Part shown: in pieces, positions 1-9,561 of the stretch | How the letters are laid out: every line of letters starts with the position of its first letter | How positions within the stretch are numbered: position 1 is the stretch's first letter | Virus record (IMG/VR): IMGVR_UViG_3300013285_000020 | Location: 1 to 53,262 of that record | Source: a virus | Lineage: Duplodnaviria > Caudoviricetes | Direction: 5' to 3' (one strand) | DNA length: 53,262 nucleotides | The notes under the pieces: model-generated | Seen by the model: the letters and a program-made list of their open reading frames with translations, nothing else | What the model was told of the DNA's origin: nothing | Database searches by the model: none | Translations under genes and position numbers: made by a program

Positions 1-543
1 AATAGTCGCAAGAGCTATACTGTGATCAAGGGCTACTCCACAGCCAAGGGCCTGTTCCGTACATTGTATGAGAACAAGGACGGTGTGGTGGTGTTTGATG
101 ACTGTGACTCAGTGCTGAAGGACCCAGTGAGCGTGAGCATACTGAAGTCAGCATTGGACAGCTACAGCCGTCGCATTATCTCTTGGAGAGCAGACTTTAA
201 AGATGAGGACTTGCCCAACACGTTTGAGTTCAAGGGTCGTGTAGTGTTTATCTCTAACATGAACTCCGGTGCAATGGATCAAGCGATCATTACACGAAGC
301 CTCTGCGTTGACTTGAGCATGACCACAGAGCAGAAGGTCCAGCGCATGACGCACTTGCTCGATGACGCTGGCTTCATGCCCGAGTACGAACAAGCTCACA
401 AGCAAGCGGCTATGGCATTGATTGCTGAAGTGCAAGATAGTGTCAAAGAGCTGAGCCTGCGTACACTGATCCAGTGTACTAAGATCCGTAAGGCAGGTAG
501 CCCAAACTGGGCTGAGCTTGCAGAGTACGCGATCTGCGGCTAA
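1..543 (+). CDS. AAA+-type ATPase, C-terminal part (5' truncated by window edge)
   Basis: Frame is open from base 1. Walker B-like VVVFDDCD and a downstream VVFISN...AIITRS sensor/Arg-finger-like segment. Confidence 0.6.
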   Translation, partial: NSRKSYTVIKGYSTAKGLFRTLYENKDGVVVFDDCDSVLKDPVSVSILKSALDSYSRRIISWRADFKDEDLPNTFEFKGRVVFISNMNSGAMDQAIITRSLCVDLSMTTEQKVQRMTHLLDDAGFMPEYEQAHKQAAMALIAEVQDSVKELSLRTLIQCTKIRKAGSPNWAELAEYAICG

Positions 544-545
544 GC

Positions 546-583
546 ACTAGGGGGTTGACAGCCCCCTAGTTTGATGTTATAAT
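546..583 (+). promoter_or_regulatory. Consensus sigma70-type promoter whose -35 box lies in the loop of an inverted repeat
   Basis: TTGACA 555-560, 17-nt spacer, TGn-TATAAT 575-583. Stem ACTAGGGGG (546-554) pairs with CCCCCTAGT (562-570). Confidence 0.85.
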
Positions 584-612
584 AAAGACTTACACACACT
601 AAGGAGTTGAGC

Positions 613-957
613 ATGAAGGGTTTTACTAAAGAGCAGATCATCTCTGCAGTCATTGGCGCTCGTCAAGAAGCAGAGCAGGCAGCTCGTGAGATGTACAGCC
701 GTGTAGGCGAGCGTGATGCATGTGGCTTTGGCTGGGTAGAGATATACGTAGACAGGACTAACAGTAAGGAAGCTAAGGCGCTTATTGAAGCAGGCTTCCG
801 TAAGGACTATAAGCCACGTTGCCTTACTATGTGGGATCCAGCAGGGCTAGGCACACAGAGCGTAAGCGTTAAGGAAGCAGGGGCACAGGCATTCGCCAGC
901 TACTTCCGTGCCATGTTCCCTGAAGCTAAGATATACGGCTGTAGCCGACTAGACTAA
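613..957 (+). CDS. Hypothetical phage protein (CGFGWV motif)
   Basis: AAGGAG Shine-Dalgarno at 601-606 before ATG 613; lies downstream of a consensus promoter. Confidence 0.7.
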   Translation: MKGFTKEQIISAVIGARQEAEQAAREMYSRVGERDACGFGWVEIYVDRTNSKEAKALIEAGFRKDYKPRCLTMWDPAGLGTQSVSVKEAGAQAFASYFRAMFPEAKIYGCSRLD

Positions 958-1131
958 TAGACCGAACAAGTTGCTCCGGGAGGGGCTGGGGGGTAGTGTC
1001 CCTAGTAGAAGGCCTCTCCCATCTCATCAGGTGGCTGGTGGTGGTGGGGCCTGGTAGTATAAAAGAAAAACAAACTGCAACAGCAACAAACGCATGTCTA
1101 AAAACCCGACTTATAGTAGAAACCGGTAGAT

Positions 1132-1956
1132 CTAGATCTGGACTCTTACTTTATAGTTTGACACAATTTTTTGGGCTTGCAAAACTTTCTGGTCCGCGTA
1201 TTCATAGGTAGGAAATTTTTTTTTATAAAATTTTTCCTCTACACTATAGTCTTTTGGGTCTATAGCCAATTGTTCGCATCTAGCACGTTTTTCCCGTCTT
1301 GACAGTTGGTCCCACTCGGGATCATAGTTATCTACACTGCCCCATTGTGGCTGTTCAAATGGTATCTGTGTGGGACGCACTATTCGACATGTCCAGCTGG
1401 CCCAGTTGCCCCTTGTCTGCATGGGTGCCCGTACAGTGTCAAACTCCTGTAGAACCATCCAATCACTCAATGCTAGCCATTCAGCTTGGTGTCTATCGCA
1501 CAGTAGTCTAGCCGCTTCTGCGCCTGCTTGGCAGTAGAAGTCACTAACACTTTCTCGCAGTCTATCCTCAATCCACCATCCAGTTATAGTCCGTGAGCCT
1601 ATATTTGGGATACTTGACAATTCATCTGCAGGTGTATAGTAAACATCCGGACGTATAAACACCATTTGCTCTACTTGACTCCAGTCTATGTGTTGACCCA
1701 ATTCCCAGTCCAAATAGCTTTGATCACGTTGACTGTTATTGTGTTCATGTTGATAAGGATCAGCGTATATGACTTCAGGATCGTGAGCTTGCCAGTGTGA
1801 TATAATCGCCGCATGCGGGATTGTGGTGCTGGCTCTAGTTACCCAATAGAATTTGTAGTCACCGTAGGCTTGATCCAGTATGTCACGGGTATGTTGTTTA
1901 AGGTAGTTGTATGTACGTGGTTGTCCACGCATGGCCACTATAGTGCGTTTGCTCAT
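1132..1956 (-). CDS. Hypothetical protein, possibly GT-A-like glycosyltransferase
   Basis: N-terminal IVAMRGQPR and central FIRPDV motifs. Start moved to ATG 1956, which follows TATAAATA (1965-1972). Confidence 0.45.
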   Translation of the reverse strand: MSKRTIVAMRGQPRTYNYLKQHTRDILDQAYGDYKFYWVTRASTTIPHAAIISHWQAHDPEVIYADPYQHEHNNSQRDQSYLDWELGQHIDWSQVEQMVFIRPDVYYTPADELSSIPNIGSRTITGWWIEDRLRESVSDFYCQAGAEAARLLCDRHQAEWLALSDWMVLQEFDTVRAPMQTRGNWASWTCRIVRPTQIPFEQPQWGSVDNYDPEWDQLSRREKRARCEQLAIDPKDYSVEEKFYKKKFPTYEYADQKVLQAQKIVSNYKVRVQI

Positions 1957-1964
1957 TACTTTGA

Positions 1965-1972
1965 TATTTATA
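1965..1972 (-). promoter_or_regulatory. T4-like late promoter TATAAATA
   Basis: Exact T4 late consensus on the minus strand, 8 nt before ATG 1956. Confidence 0.6.
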
Positions 1973-2084
1973 TACGTAGATAATTGTAGGAAAAATCTGC
2001 TGAAAATTTCTGCGCTTCGCGCTTCGCTACTACATCTGGCCCTGAAACTCCCTAGTGGCACCTTGACCCCAAGTAAATACGCCT

Positions 2085-2690
2085 ATGAAATATGCAGTGT
2101 ATTCGCCCATGCGTACTGGCAGCATGGCCATTATAGGCCTACTGCAACAGTTCTATCCCCAGTTACAAAAGATGGAGGTCTATGATGGTTGCTCCGCTAT
2201 CGTACCCAACACCGTCCTGCACACACATGATCTTGAGCAGTACCTTGCCTGGACGCGAAAGTTACCACGCACAAATAGAATCATCAGCATAAGAAATCCA
2301 CGGGAGTCACTCGTCAGTTTACTGTATCAAGAGGTCACTCAAGTAAGTCACATATGGGATGATCAACCCCCAAGACCCCCAGTGGCTACCTATATTCCTA
2401 ATCCACGACGCCTACTGGTTGACCTGTATGATCAATTAATTTCAGCTTATTTTCAGCTGGCGCAGAGGGACCTAAGTCAACATCTTGTGATTGATTACTG
2501 CCAGTTCAGTCAGGATCCTGACGGTCTACTGCCACCGTTACTGGGCATTGATCAGGCTCTACCCTCTCGTTGTATTTGGATCAAAAGTATACGTAACCCT
2601 GGTGGGCCTGCAGAGTGGTTTACCAACTGGGAAGAAATTTCAGCCATTGTTGACAGTTTTCCCCCAGTTGTGGGCTATGTCACACCCTGA
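2085..2690 (+). CDS. Sulfotransferase-fold (P-loop) protein
   Basis: SPMRTGS resembles the 5'-phosphosulfate-binding loop; LHTHD; IRNPRESLVS resembles the 3'-phosphate-binding motif. TAAATA at 2074-2079. Confidence 0.6.
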   Translation: MKYAVYSPMRTGSMAIIGLLQQFYPQLQKMEVYDGCSAIVPNTVLHTHDLEQYLAWTRKLPRTNRIISIRNPRESLVSLLYQEVTQVSHIWDDQPPRPPVATYIPNPRRLLVDLYDQLISAYFQLAQRDLSQHLVIDYCQFSQDPDGLLPPLLGIDQALPSRCIWIKSIRNPGGPAEWFTNWEEISAIVDSFPPVVGYVTP

Positions 2691-3451
2691 TCCGGACGCC
2701 ATGCTTCATAAGTGCTTTTCAGTCGACCATATGCGGGAAACTTGCTCATCAAGTTCCTCTGGGCTCTTGCATACTCTGCACAGGACTCCGTCATGGCTGG
2801 CGTTATGGGCTTGCCCACTAGTTCGCTCACCGCGGTTAATACTGCGTCATCGGCCCGCATCACTGCCTGTACACTGAGTTCTTTGTTGGGTATGGCTAGT
2901 TGTGTGTTCAACTGCCTATAGTGTTGACCGGTGATCGTGTCATTGCTTTGTGGATTGCCCCATCTCTCCAAAGTTCTGGACATCAATACCCGTACCATGT
3001 CTTCAGTGGCAACTTGGTGCCACTGGGGCGGTTCAGTGCTCAACGGGTTGATCATTTGCCTGTAGTGTGGGTACAGGCCGTAGTCGACAGTGCCGTAGAT
3101 TTGATTCTTGTAAAAGTGATTGTACTCAGTTAGGGCCACGTCCAAGGGCGTCTCGCTGACTATGTTGATCATGCGAAAGTCTTGGGGTGCTCTTTTGTAC
3201 ACACGCAGAGTGGTCATGGCATCATCGCCTCGGGCCACTATGAAGTTGATCAAACTGCCCCGCTTGACGCGGTACTGATCACTGGTAGCATGTGTGTTAT
3301 CATAGGTGTCGTTGACCCAGCGGCCAAATTCATGTGCATGGCCCATGGGATATGAAGTGCTCTGCTGAGTCTGTAGTTCACACTGGGTGATCAACTGTTG
3401 TATGAACCAACCACCACCCCCTCCCCAGAACTTGACCAAGTAAGTTCGCAT
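2675..3451 (-). CDS. Hypothetical protein with N-terminal Gly-rich loop (possible sulfotransferase/kinase fold)
   Basis: LVKFWGGGGGWFI loop follows a beta strand; long ORF co-oriented with the upstream genes. Confidence 0.4.
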   Translation of the reverse strand: MRTYLVKFWGGGGGWFIQQLITQCELQTQQSTSYPMGHAHEFGRWVNDTYDNTHATSDQYRVKRGSLINFIVARGDDAMTTLRVYKRAPQDFRMINIVSETPLDVALTEYNHFYKNQIYGTVDYGLYPHYRQMINPLSTEPPQWHQVATEDMVRVLMSRTLERWGNPQSNDTITGQHYRQLNTQLAIPNKELSVQAVMRADDAVLTAVSELVGKPITPAMTESCAEYARAQRNLMSKFPAYGRLKSTYEAWRPDQGVT

Positions 3452-3459
3452 AGGCAGTG

Positions 3460-4038
3460 TTACTTCCCGCCTTGACTCAGTTCTACATGGTGCCGATAGA
3501 GGCTGGTCAGTAGGGCTAGAGCTGGTTCAGCATCTCTAGTACTGACCTTAACAGCTACACCACCCCGAGCTTGCCATTCTTCTATATTGCTGGTACGATC
3601 ATCCACTAGGATGTCGCCTGGACGGCAGTGGTGTTGTTTGTCATGGCTGTAGGGACCAAAGAACACGGTAATGTCGGGATAATAGTCCGCCATCCAACGA
3701 ATCTTATCGTGAAAGGTATGGGGCATGTCGTTGTTACGGGGTATGGCTGTGAGCATGTATAAATTCCACCCCAGTGTGTCTCTAAACTGACGAGCCAGAG
3801 TAATTATACGATCAGCATAGGCTGTCTTGGGAAGATCCCTGTACAAATGCTTGTGATCTCGCAACTTGTTCCATTCCGCTTCGGGCCAGCGTTCATTGGA
3901 GCTGGCATCATCTGTGTTCATGCGTTTTAGCAGTCTTCGGGCTTCGGCATCAAAATCTGCCACTACCCCATCCATGTCAATGTATATTGTGGGCTTGTGA
4001 GTGGCTTGAATTCGGTCTTCTGTAGTAAATGTAGGCAT
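3460..4038 (-). CDS. HAD-family 5'(3')-deoxyribonucleotidase
   Basis: IYIDMDGVVADF (HAD motif I), MLTA, K, and ILVDDRTSNIEEW (motif IV). Confidence 0.85.
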   Translation of the reverse strand: MPTFTTEDRIQATHKPTIYIDMDGVVADFDAEARRLLKRMNTDDASSNERWPEAEWNKLRDHKHLYRDLPKTAYADRIITLARQFRDTLGWNLYMLTAIPRNNDMPHTFHDKIRWMADYYPDITVFFGPYSHDKQHHCRPGDILVDDRTSNIEEWQARGGVAVKVSTRDAEPALALLTSLYRHHVELSQGGK

Positions 4039-4045
4039 ACACTTA

Positions 4046-4741
4046 TTATATACTTAGATTGCGGTCATGAGCAAGATCAATCATCTTCTGTAATGCTCGA
4101 ACTGTGTCATCGTTACGCAGACTCTTGTAGACTAGATTGGGCGTAGAAAACTCACCATCTGGAGTATTGTGTAGGCCTTTACGTCTATAGGTGCGTAGCA
4201 GTCTCATAGTACTACGTGCCGTTTCAAGATCACCCAACTTGATGGCATACTGTATTATACTGTGCCACACCTCGACCCAATGTGCCAGTTTTTTCTCATC
4301 AATGTCTGGTATATCTCGTCGGGGATGATGTAACCACTTGTTTTGTAGTATGCTGTATACTCCGCCTGACTCAGCTGGGTGGTCTCTATCTTCTACATAT
4401 AACTCTACAGGAATACCATATACATCGATGTCGCGTGTTTGTTTGTACAGCAGTCTCTTGCTGTCCATAAGTTCAGCCACTTCTCTGTCGCACTTGACTT
4501 GACTGAAGTCTGCTATGATATGCAGATCAATATCACTTTTTGAAGTATATGTATAGTTGGCATTGCCGCCAGTTATAACTATGTCTATGACATCTAAAGG
4601 TACTTCGATAAACTTAACAAAGTCTTCGGCTATGCGGATTAAGGCTCCACGTACTGAGCTTTTAATACTGTCATGATCCCATATATCAGGGTTCAATACC
4701 GTGTTACGCTCAATGGGAGGTGCAAATTCAAAGAAATTCAT
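4046..4741 (-). CDS. Pol-beta-superfamily nucleotidyltransferase
   Basis: ITGGNANYTYTSKSDIDLH fits the G[GS]x9-13DxD signature; a third acidic residue lies in PVELYVED. Confidence 0.75.
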   Translation of the reverse strand: MNFFEFAPPIERNTVLNPDIWDHDSIKSSVRGALIRIAEDFVKFIEVPLDVIDIVITGGNANYTYTSKSDIDLHIIADFSQVKCDREVAELMDSKRLLYKQTRDIDVYGIPVELYVEDRDHPAESGGVYSILQNKWLHHPRRDIPDIDEKKLAHWVEVWHSIIQYAIKLGDLETARSTMRLLRTYRRKGLHNTPDGEFSTPNLVYKSLRNDDTVRALQKMIDLAHDRNLSI

Positions 4742-4747
4742 ATAAGA

Positions 4748-4767
4748 TATTTATTCGATGTTAAATA
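4748..4767. promoter_or_regulatory. Back-to-back TAAATA late-promoter-like motifs
   Basis: TAAATA on minus (4748-4753, 6 nt before ATG 4741) and on plus (4762-4767, 7 nt before ATG 4775). Confidence 0.6.
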
Positions 4768-4774
4768 TTACTAT

Positions 4775-5344
4775 ATGACAAACTCCAACAAGTTCCCAGG
4801 CTATCTCCTAGTGGCCAATACAAATAACCCTCGCGATGAACTGCATCGCGGTGTCATATTATTAGTTAATCATACAGATGATCTAGCAGTGGGCATACAG
4901 TTAAACAACCAGCTGACTAACATGACACTGAAAGAAATTGCCGTTAATACTGGCATTGAGTGGGAGGGCGAATTTGATGATGCTGAGCCACTTTACTATG
5001 GTGGTAGTCACAACAGCACTAGGGTACATGTTATTCACACACCTGATTGGCGTGGAAGCAGTACCGTAATGATCAACAGTGAAATTGCTGTGACCAATGA
5101 CATATCAGTCCTGGCTGCAATCAGTCGAGGGGAAGGCCCCAAACAATACAGAGCCTGTGCTGGACACTGGATTTGGAATGCAGGCGATTTAAACATGGAA
5201 TTGGCCCCAAAACAGAAGAGAGTGTCCCATAAATGGGAAGTTGCTCCTGCAACTGGTGAGTTGGTATTTGATTATGAAGGTGCTGATCAATGGCGACAGG
5301 CTCTTCTTGAGTCAGCACATCACAGTGCCGCTCAGTGGTTTTAA
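4775..5344 (+). CDS. YqgE/AlgH (DUF179) family protein
   Basis: GYLLVA...RGVILLVNH...AVGIQLN, LYYGG, YRACAGHWIW..GDL..EL, and W at the C-terminus match the family pattern. Start reassigned to ATG 4775. Confidence 0.8.
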   Translation: MTNSNKFPGYLLVANTNNPRDELHRGVILLVNHTDDLAVGIQLNNQLTNMTLKEIAVNTGIEWEGEFDDAEPLYYGGSHNSTRVHVIHTPDWRGSSTVMINSEIAVTNDISVLAAISRGEGPKQYRACAGHWIWNAGDLNMELAPKQKRVSHKWEVAPATGELVFDYEGADQWRQALLESAHHSAAQWF

Positions 5345-6804
5345 TCCCGTTCTGGATTTAAATTATTCAGCATGTTTCGAATAGCAGGCGCCGCTCCACC
5401 CTTGCTTTGCGGTTTAGTTAAATCAAAGCCCGCTTTGGCCTGAGGCTTTTCCCACTTGTCTAGAGTACTGGTTGATACTACACTGGTGCGTTTGAGTCCG
5501 TCCATAACACTATTGGTATTACCATTAGTACGTTGTTGGTTAAACGATGTTTGACCTTCTTCCTCGTCAATGTCAGTAATGCGTAGTGTGTCAATGTTAA
5601 ATTCCAAATCACACTTTTGTCCCACACCACTTGAACTACGAGTTTTCATAAACTGAATTTGATAGCGTCCACGTTCCTTCATAGCACGGCTAGTAAAGAT
5701 ACCAATTACGTTGTCTGCTGTCATGATCTTACTCAATCCACCTGAGATATGACTGTGGTCAAACTCAATTTCTTCAACAGCACTACGATTTAACTGTGAC
5801 GCAGTTACAGTAATACATTGTGTTTCCATTGCCAAATTTCTAATCTCTTCTGACACATATTTGTCCTTAACAAACAAATCGCTGGGACTTACCTTCACTG
5901 ACAAAGGCATCATTAAATCGAGGTAATCTATAAGCAAAACGTCTGGTTTTACACCTGTTTTTACCTGATATTCTTTAAGATATGCCCTAATATCGTTACA
6001 ATTTTTACCTGAAGGCATATACTTAACTTGCAGGTGTCCTGACTTCTTTTCCAACATTTTAACTTTGAGTTCAACATCATCAATGTTTCGGAAAATATCC
6101 CTAGTACCGATACCAGTTACCATACTATCCAAACGCATAGACACTAGCCCCTCACTCAATTCAAATGTTAGATAGATTACATTCAAACCTTGTAGTGCCC
6201 AGTTTACACCCAAGTTGGCCAGGAACAATGATTTACCACCACCTGATCCTGCACAGAAAATGTTCAACTCACCTCTGTTGAATCCACCGTAGAGTTTACG
6301 GTCAATGCTGGGCCATCCTGTTGAAATCTGTCCGTTATTATCTTTAAGTTTACTCAAACGAGCGCGGGGATCAGCAAAGTAATCTGTACCCATGTCCTTG
6401 TTCAAACTGATCTGAATAGCATCCTTGATTAACTTTTCTACTGGACCATACTCGCCTTCTTCCAAATAGTCTGCACTTTTAATAATAGCACGTTCAAGAC
6501 CTTTGTGACGACTAAAGTTTTCAAACTCATCCATCAACCATGTATAGTTTTCCTTGGGCAGTTGTATTGCATCAAACTCACTGCGGGTACTTGCATTAAC
6601 AATATTTGTTTCAGGCATGACCTTATATTCATCTACATACTTGGAGATAAATGTTGCGGCTTCTTGTAATCGTTGATCAAAGTTTTCTGCATCAAAAATA
6701 TTCTGACATCTAATAAAAGTCTCTGCATCGCTGAGAAACATTTCTATGTACAACTTCTGCATTGCATAGTCGTAATTGGGTTTTGGTTGTTTAGTCTTGG
6801 CCAT
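5341..6804 (-). CDS. Replicative DnaB-like helicase (T4 gp41-like)
   Basis: Walker A AGSGGGKS, LLIDYLDLM, TASQLNR and MKTRSS motifs. Confidence 0.92.
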   Translation of the reverse strand: MAKTKQPKPNYDYAMQKLYIEMFLSDAETFIRCQNIFDAENFDQRLQEAATFISKYVDEYKVMPETNIVNASTRSEFDAIQLPKENYTWLMDEFENFSRHKGLERAIIKSADYLEEGEYGPVEKLIKDAIQISLNKDMGTDYFADPRARLSKLKDNNGQISTGWPSIDRKLYGGFNRGELNIFCAGSGGGKSLFLANLGVNWALQGLNVIYLTFELSEGLVSMRLDSMVTGIGTRDIFRNIDDVELKVKMLEKKSGHLQVKYMPSGKNCNDIRAYLKEYQVKTGVKPDVLLIDYLDLMMPLSVKVSPSDLFVKDKYVSEEIRNLAMETQCITVTASQLNRSAVEEIEFDHSHISGGLSKIMTADNVIGIFTSRAMKERGRYQIQFMKTRSSSGVGQKCDLEFNIDTLRITDIDEEEGQTSFNQQRTNGNTNSVMDGLKRTSVVSTSTLDKWEKPQAKAGFDLTKPQSKGGAAPAIRNMLNNLNPERD

Positions 6805-7795
6805 TCTCTAATTTCTTTTTAAGTAGATGTAAATTTATCTCTCCACTGACCTTGTAATGCAAGATTGTGGCTAGTGTGTAAAGTCTTCCGTATCGTTTAA
6901 CTGCGTCTGCTACGTCCTTAATATCATGTTCCCATGGCGGCAAGCTGACACTCCATCCGTTGTCTACTGCCGCCTTGATCATTTTGGCGCCTGCCTTATC
7001 TCTATCTGGTACTACGATTATTTCTCTGCCCAAAGCGTTGAGCCGCATAACTTGTGTATCGTTTGGCTCATTATGCATGATAGCACATCCGTCAATGGCT
7101 ATGGCATCAAACTGTCCCTCTACTACAATAGTATACTGTCTATCATTAGTTTGTGCATCTAGATTGAACACATATCCTGGTTGTGCATCCGTCAAATATT
7201 TTGGCTTACCTTCTGTAATTTTACGTCCAGTGTAGCCTACTATTTTGCCATCATGATAAAATGGAATCAGTACTCGATCAACATAGCCAGGCGCAGGACT
7301 CCACATCCAGTTGTACCATTCCAAATCCATGCCACGGCCTATAATGTATTCTACTATGCGGCCAATATCTTCTGCAACATCTGGCAAATAGCCAGTGTTA
7401 ATCCATTCCATAACAGACATGGTGCCTTCAGGTAATTCTGTTTCTGTTAGTGTGAAGTTTAACGGCTTCTTGGTCACTGGTTGGTCATCTTTGACCTTAA
7501 GTGCTATTAGGTTTAATTTACCAATGTCAGCATCGTTCATACCAACCCAATTAAACAAGCTCTTGGTATTTTTGCTTAGTAGTTTGCCCGGACTCCATCC
7601 TGCTTTAAAGTTACAGTTGAAACAATGGTATTGGAAACCACCATCTGGATTGGTTAGTATGCCGCCCCGCTTTCTGGTATCTCTAGTATTGCCAGTATGA
7701 TGACAGCAGACTGCATCAAAACTTGTCCACCCACTGGGAGTGGTTTTTCGTTTCGAAGGTAATAATGCTAGGAGTGCGTCTTGAATTTCGTTCAC
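6791..7795 (-). CDS. DNA primase (T4 gp61-like)
   Basis: Zn-binding CC...HCFNC; TOPRIM motifs VVEGQFD and PDRDKAG, plus KDVAD; adjacent to the helicase. Confidence 0.9.
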   Translation of the reverse strand: MNEIQDALLALLPSKRKTTPSGWTSFDAVCCHHTGNTRDTRKRGGILTNPDGGFQYHCFNCNFKAGWSPGKLLSKNTKSLFNWVGMNDADIGKLNLIALKVKDDQPVTKKPLNFTLTETELPEGTMSVMEWINTGYLPDVAEDIGRIVEYIIGRGMDLEWYNWMWSPAPGYVDRVLIPFYHDGKIVGYTGRKITEGKPKYLTDAQPGYVFNLDAQTNDRQYTIVVEGQFDAIAIDGCAIMHNEPNDTQVMRLNALGREIIVVPDRDKAGAKMIKAAVDNGWSVSLPPWEHDIKDVADAVKRYGRLYTLATILHYKVSGEINLHLLKKKLENGQD

Positions 7796-7804
7796 ACTAC
7801 TAGT

Positions 7805-8650
7805 TTAACTTCTATACAGTGCTTTGTCAAGTGATCCGTAGTAACTAGGATTATCGTTTGTGCTGTCACCAGGTTTAACTGATGGAGTATATATTATTCG
7901 AATATATGTGTAGATGCCATTAAAATTCAAATAGTCAATTCCGTTAGCACCTGTGTACATGCGTGAGGCGATATTTGAATAGGACCCAGTAGAATCTGGT
8001 TGATTACTCAAAGTACCTTGGATAGTTACAGTTCCACGGTAATTGGTCATGTACAATGCTATAGTTTGAAGAGCACTGTTGTTGCTGTTGTATTCCGGAC
8101 TAGCGTATATATTACCGCTGAACCATTCATATCGACTAGATGCCGTGTTAAATCTAGATAAGAATGATACAACTTCCTGGCTTGGTTGCAGAGATGGATA
8201 AATGTCAGCCATGAGATATAGTGTGCCGTTAATTCCGTAATAGCTATTAGAATATGCCGGAACCATCAAGTTGTCAGCAGGATCTAGATATGTGACAGAG
8301 TATGTGTAACTGCCAACATCCAAATCAACAGTATCGCCGGGAGTAAATGAAACTTCAGCAAGGCCGCGCTGTGCCAGCGTAGTACCATCATCAAGTACTG
8401 TCATTGTTTTTGTTAGGAGTAGTCGTTGGTTTGTAGCATCAAACATATTGAACACATATGTGCCAGTATTAGAAATAACTATACGTTTTTGATCACTGTT
8501 CTTAAATTGGACTTGGATCTGATTCTTAACGCCTTTTTGAATTTTTAGATCGCGTTGATACATAACTTGATTGACTCCTGGTGTCGTTGGATCCACATCT
8601 AATATTACGCTGGTAGAATTTGGATATAAATATATTGGCAAACTTTGCAT
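7805..8650 (-). CDS. Hypothetical beta-rich protein, probably virion structural
   Basis: Thr/Ser/Tyr/Gly-rich Ig-like composition. TAAATA lies 5 nt before ATG 8650, the likely true start. Confidence 0.5.
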   Translation of the reverse strand: MQSLPIYLYPNSTSVILDVDPTTPGVNQVMYQRDLKIQKGVKNQIQVQFKNSDQKRIVISNTGTYVFNMFDATNQRLLLTKTMTVLDDGTTLAQRGLAEVSFTPGDTVDLDVGSYTYSVTYLDPADNLMVPAYSNSYYGINGTLYLMADIYPSLQPSQEVVSFLSRFNTASSRYEWFSGNIYASPEYNSNNSALQTIALYMTNYRGTVTIQGTLSNQPDSTGSYSNIASRMYTGANGIDYLNFNGIYTYIRIIYTPSVKPGDSTNDNPSYYGSLDKALYRS

Positions 8651-8668
8651 AAAGCTATTTATTAAATA

Positions 8669-9043
8669 ATGACACCAACCACTTTCCAAGATCATCACCC
8701 GTTCGTTTCCTGCATTAAATCTAACAATATTGAATATGTTGGCATTGTAATAAATTTTGACAGCTATGTAGCCAGCATTTATGATATCAGCGTTCTTAGA
8801 ACTGACGAGGAAAAGGTTAAACTCTTAGAATTAGGAGAAGTTTGGTGGTGGGAAAGCAATCGCAAAATTCCTATTAATATTTTCCTTAAAAGAGAAATGC
8901 AACTGTACAGATACGCCATAAAAACATTTACTAGCAAAGATGCCGAACTGGTGTTTGGTCCGTTGGTTAATCTAAGTGAAATCGCTGAAAAACGTATCAA
9001 GCGTAAATCTATACAGCTGATACGTACTCCCAAAAAACTCTAA
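8669..9043 (+). CDS. Hypothetical phage protein
   Basis: 124-aa ORF with a WWWESNRKIPI motif; divergent from the 8650 gene. Confidence 0.65.
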   Translation: MTPTTFQDHHPFVSCIKSNNIEYVGIVINFDSYVASIYDISVLRTDEEKVKLLELGEVWWWESNRKIPINIFLKREMQLYRYAIKTFTSKDAELVFGPLVNLSEIAEKRIKRKSIQLIRTPKKL

Positions 9044-9561
9044 TTTATATAAACAGTATCAAATACAAGAACAGTTCTGATCATGTTTTCTCTATGATCC
9101 CCAACAGTGTGCATTATACTTGCGCTGTGAATTACCAAATCCCCAGATTCTGGTTGAATAACAATTTTATTTCCATCATCTAAAAATATCAGTTCTGCGC
9201 CCTTGGTAGGAACATCGACATAAAAAATTCCAATACAATCCACATGATGATCGCTTATGTGATTGTGTGCTTGCCCTCTGGCAGTCCATCCTGGAAACAA
9301 TCGGTTAGACCAAGAGTCAATAAGTTTCACTGGTTTAGGTATAGACATTTGATCAATGACCCATTCTACCAAAGGTCCAGCACCTGGAAGATTGTGTAGT
9401 GAAATATAAGGGTGTCCGGCAGTGGTCAATGAGGCACTTTTGGTTGGATTACATTTTTTATGTATCTCTGGTAGTGCAAATACTTTATCTAGGCTATGCG
9501 TTAATTCTTTATTTTTATAAAGATTAGTATCGGCACAGTGTACCTTTGTATAATCCATCAT
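9040..9561 (-). CDS. 2OG-Fe(II) oxygenase (TIGR02466-like)
   Basis: SWSN, HNH, GIFYV, GDLVIH, HTV and R-x-V motifs. ATGA overlap with the upstream gene supports a start at 9561. Confidence 0.75.
   Translation of the reverse strand: MMDYTKVHCADTNLYKNKELTHSLDKVFALPEIHKKCNPTKSASLTTAGHPYISLHNLPGAGPLVEWVIDQMSIPKPVKLIDSWSNRLFPGWTARGQAHNHISDHHVDCIGIFYVDVPTKGAELIFLDDGNKIVIQPESGDLVIHSASIMHTVGDHRENMIRTVLVFDTVYIN

Noticed and set aside
996-1211. 71-aa plus-strand ORF
   Set aside because: GTG start with no recognisable motif; it overlaps the end of a convergent gene in a low-complexity region.
4673-4774. N-terminal extensions in the ORF track (also 1957-2061, 8651-8698, 39373-39405)
   Set aside because: They run through the TAAATA motifs and mostly overlap divergent genes; the downstream ATGs fit better.
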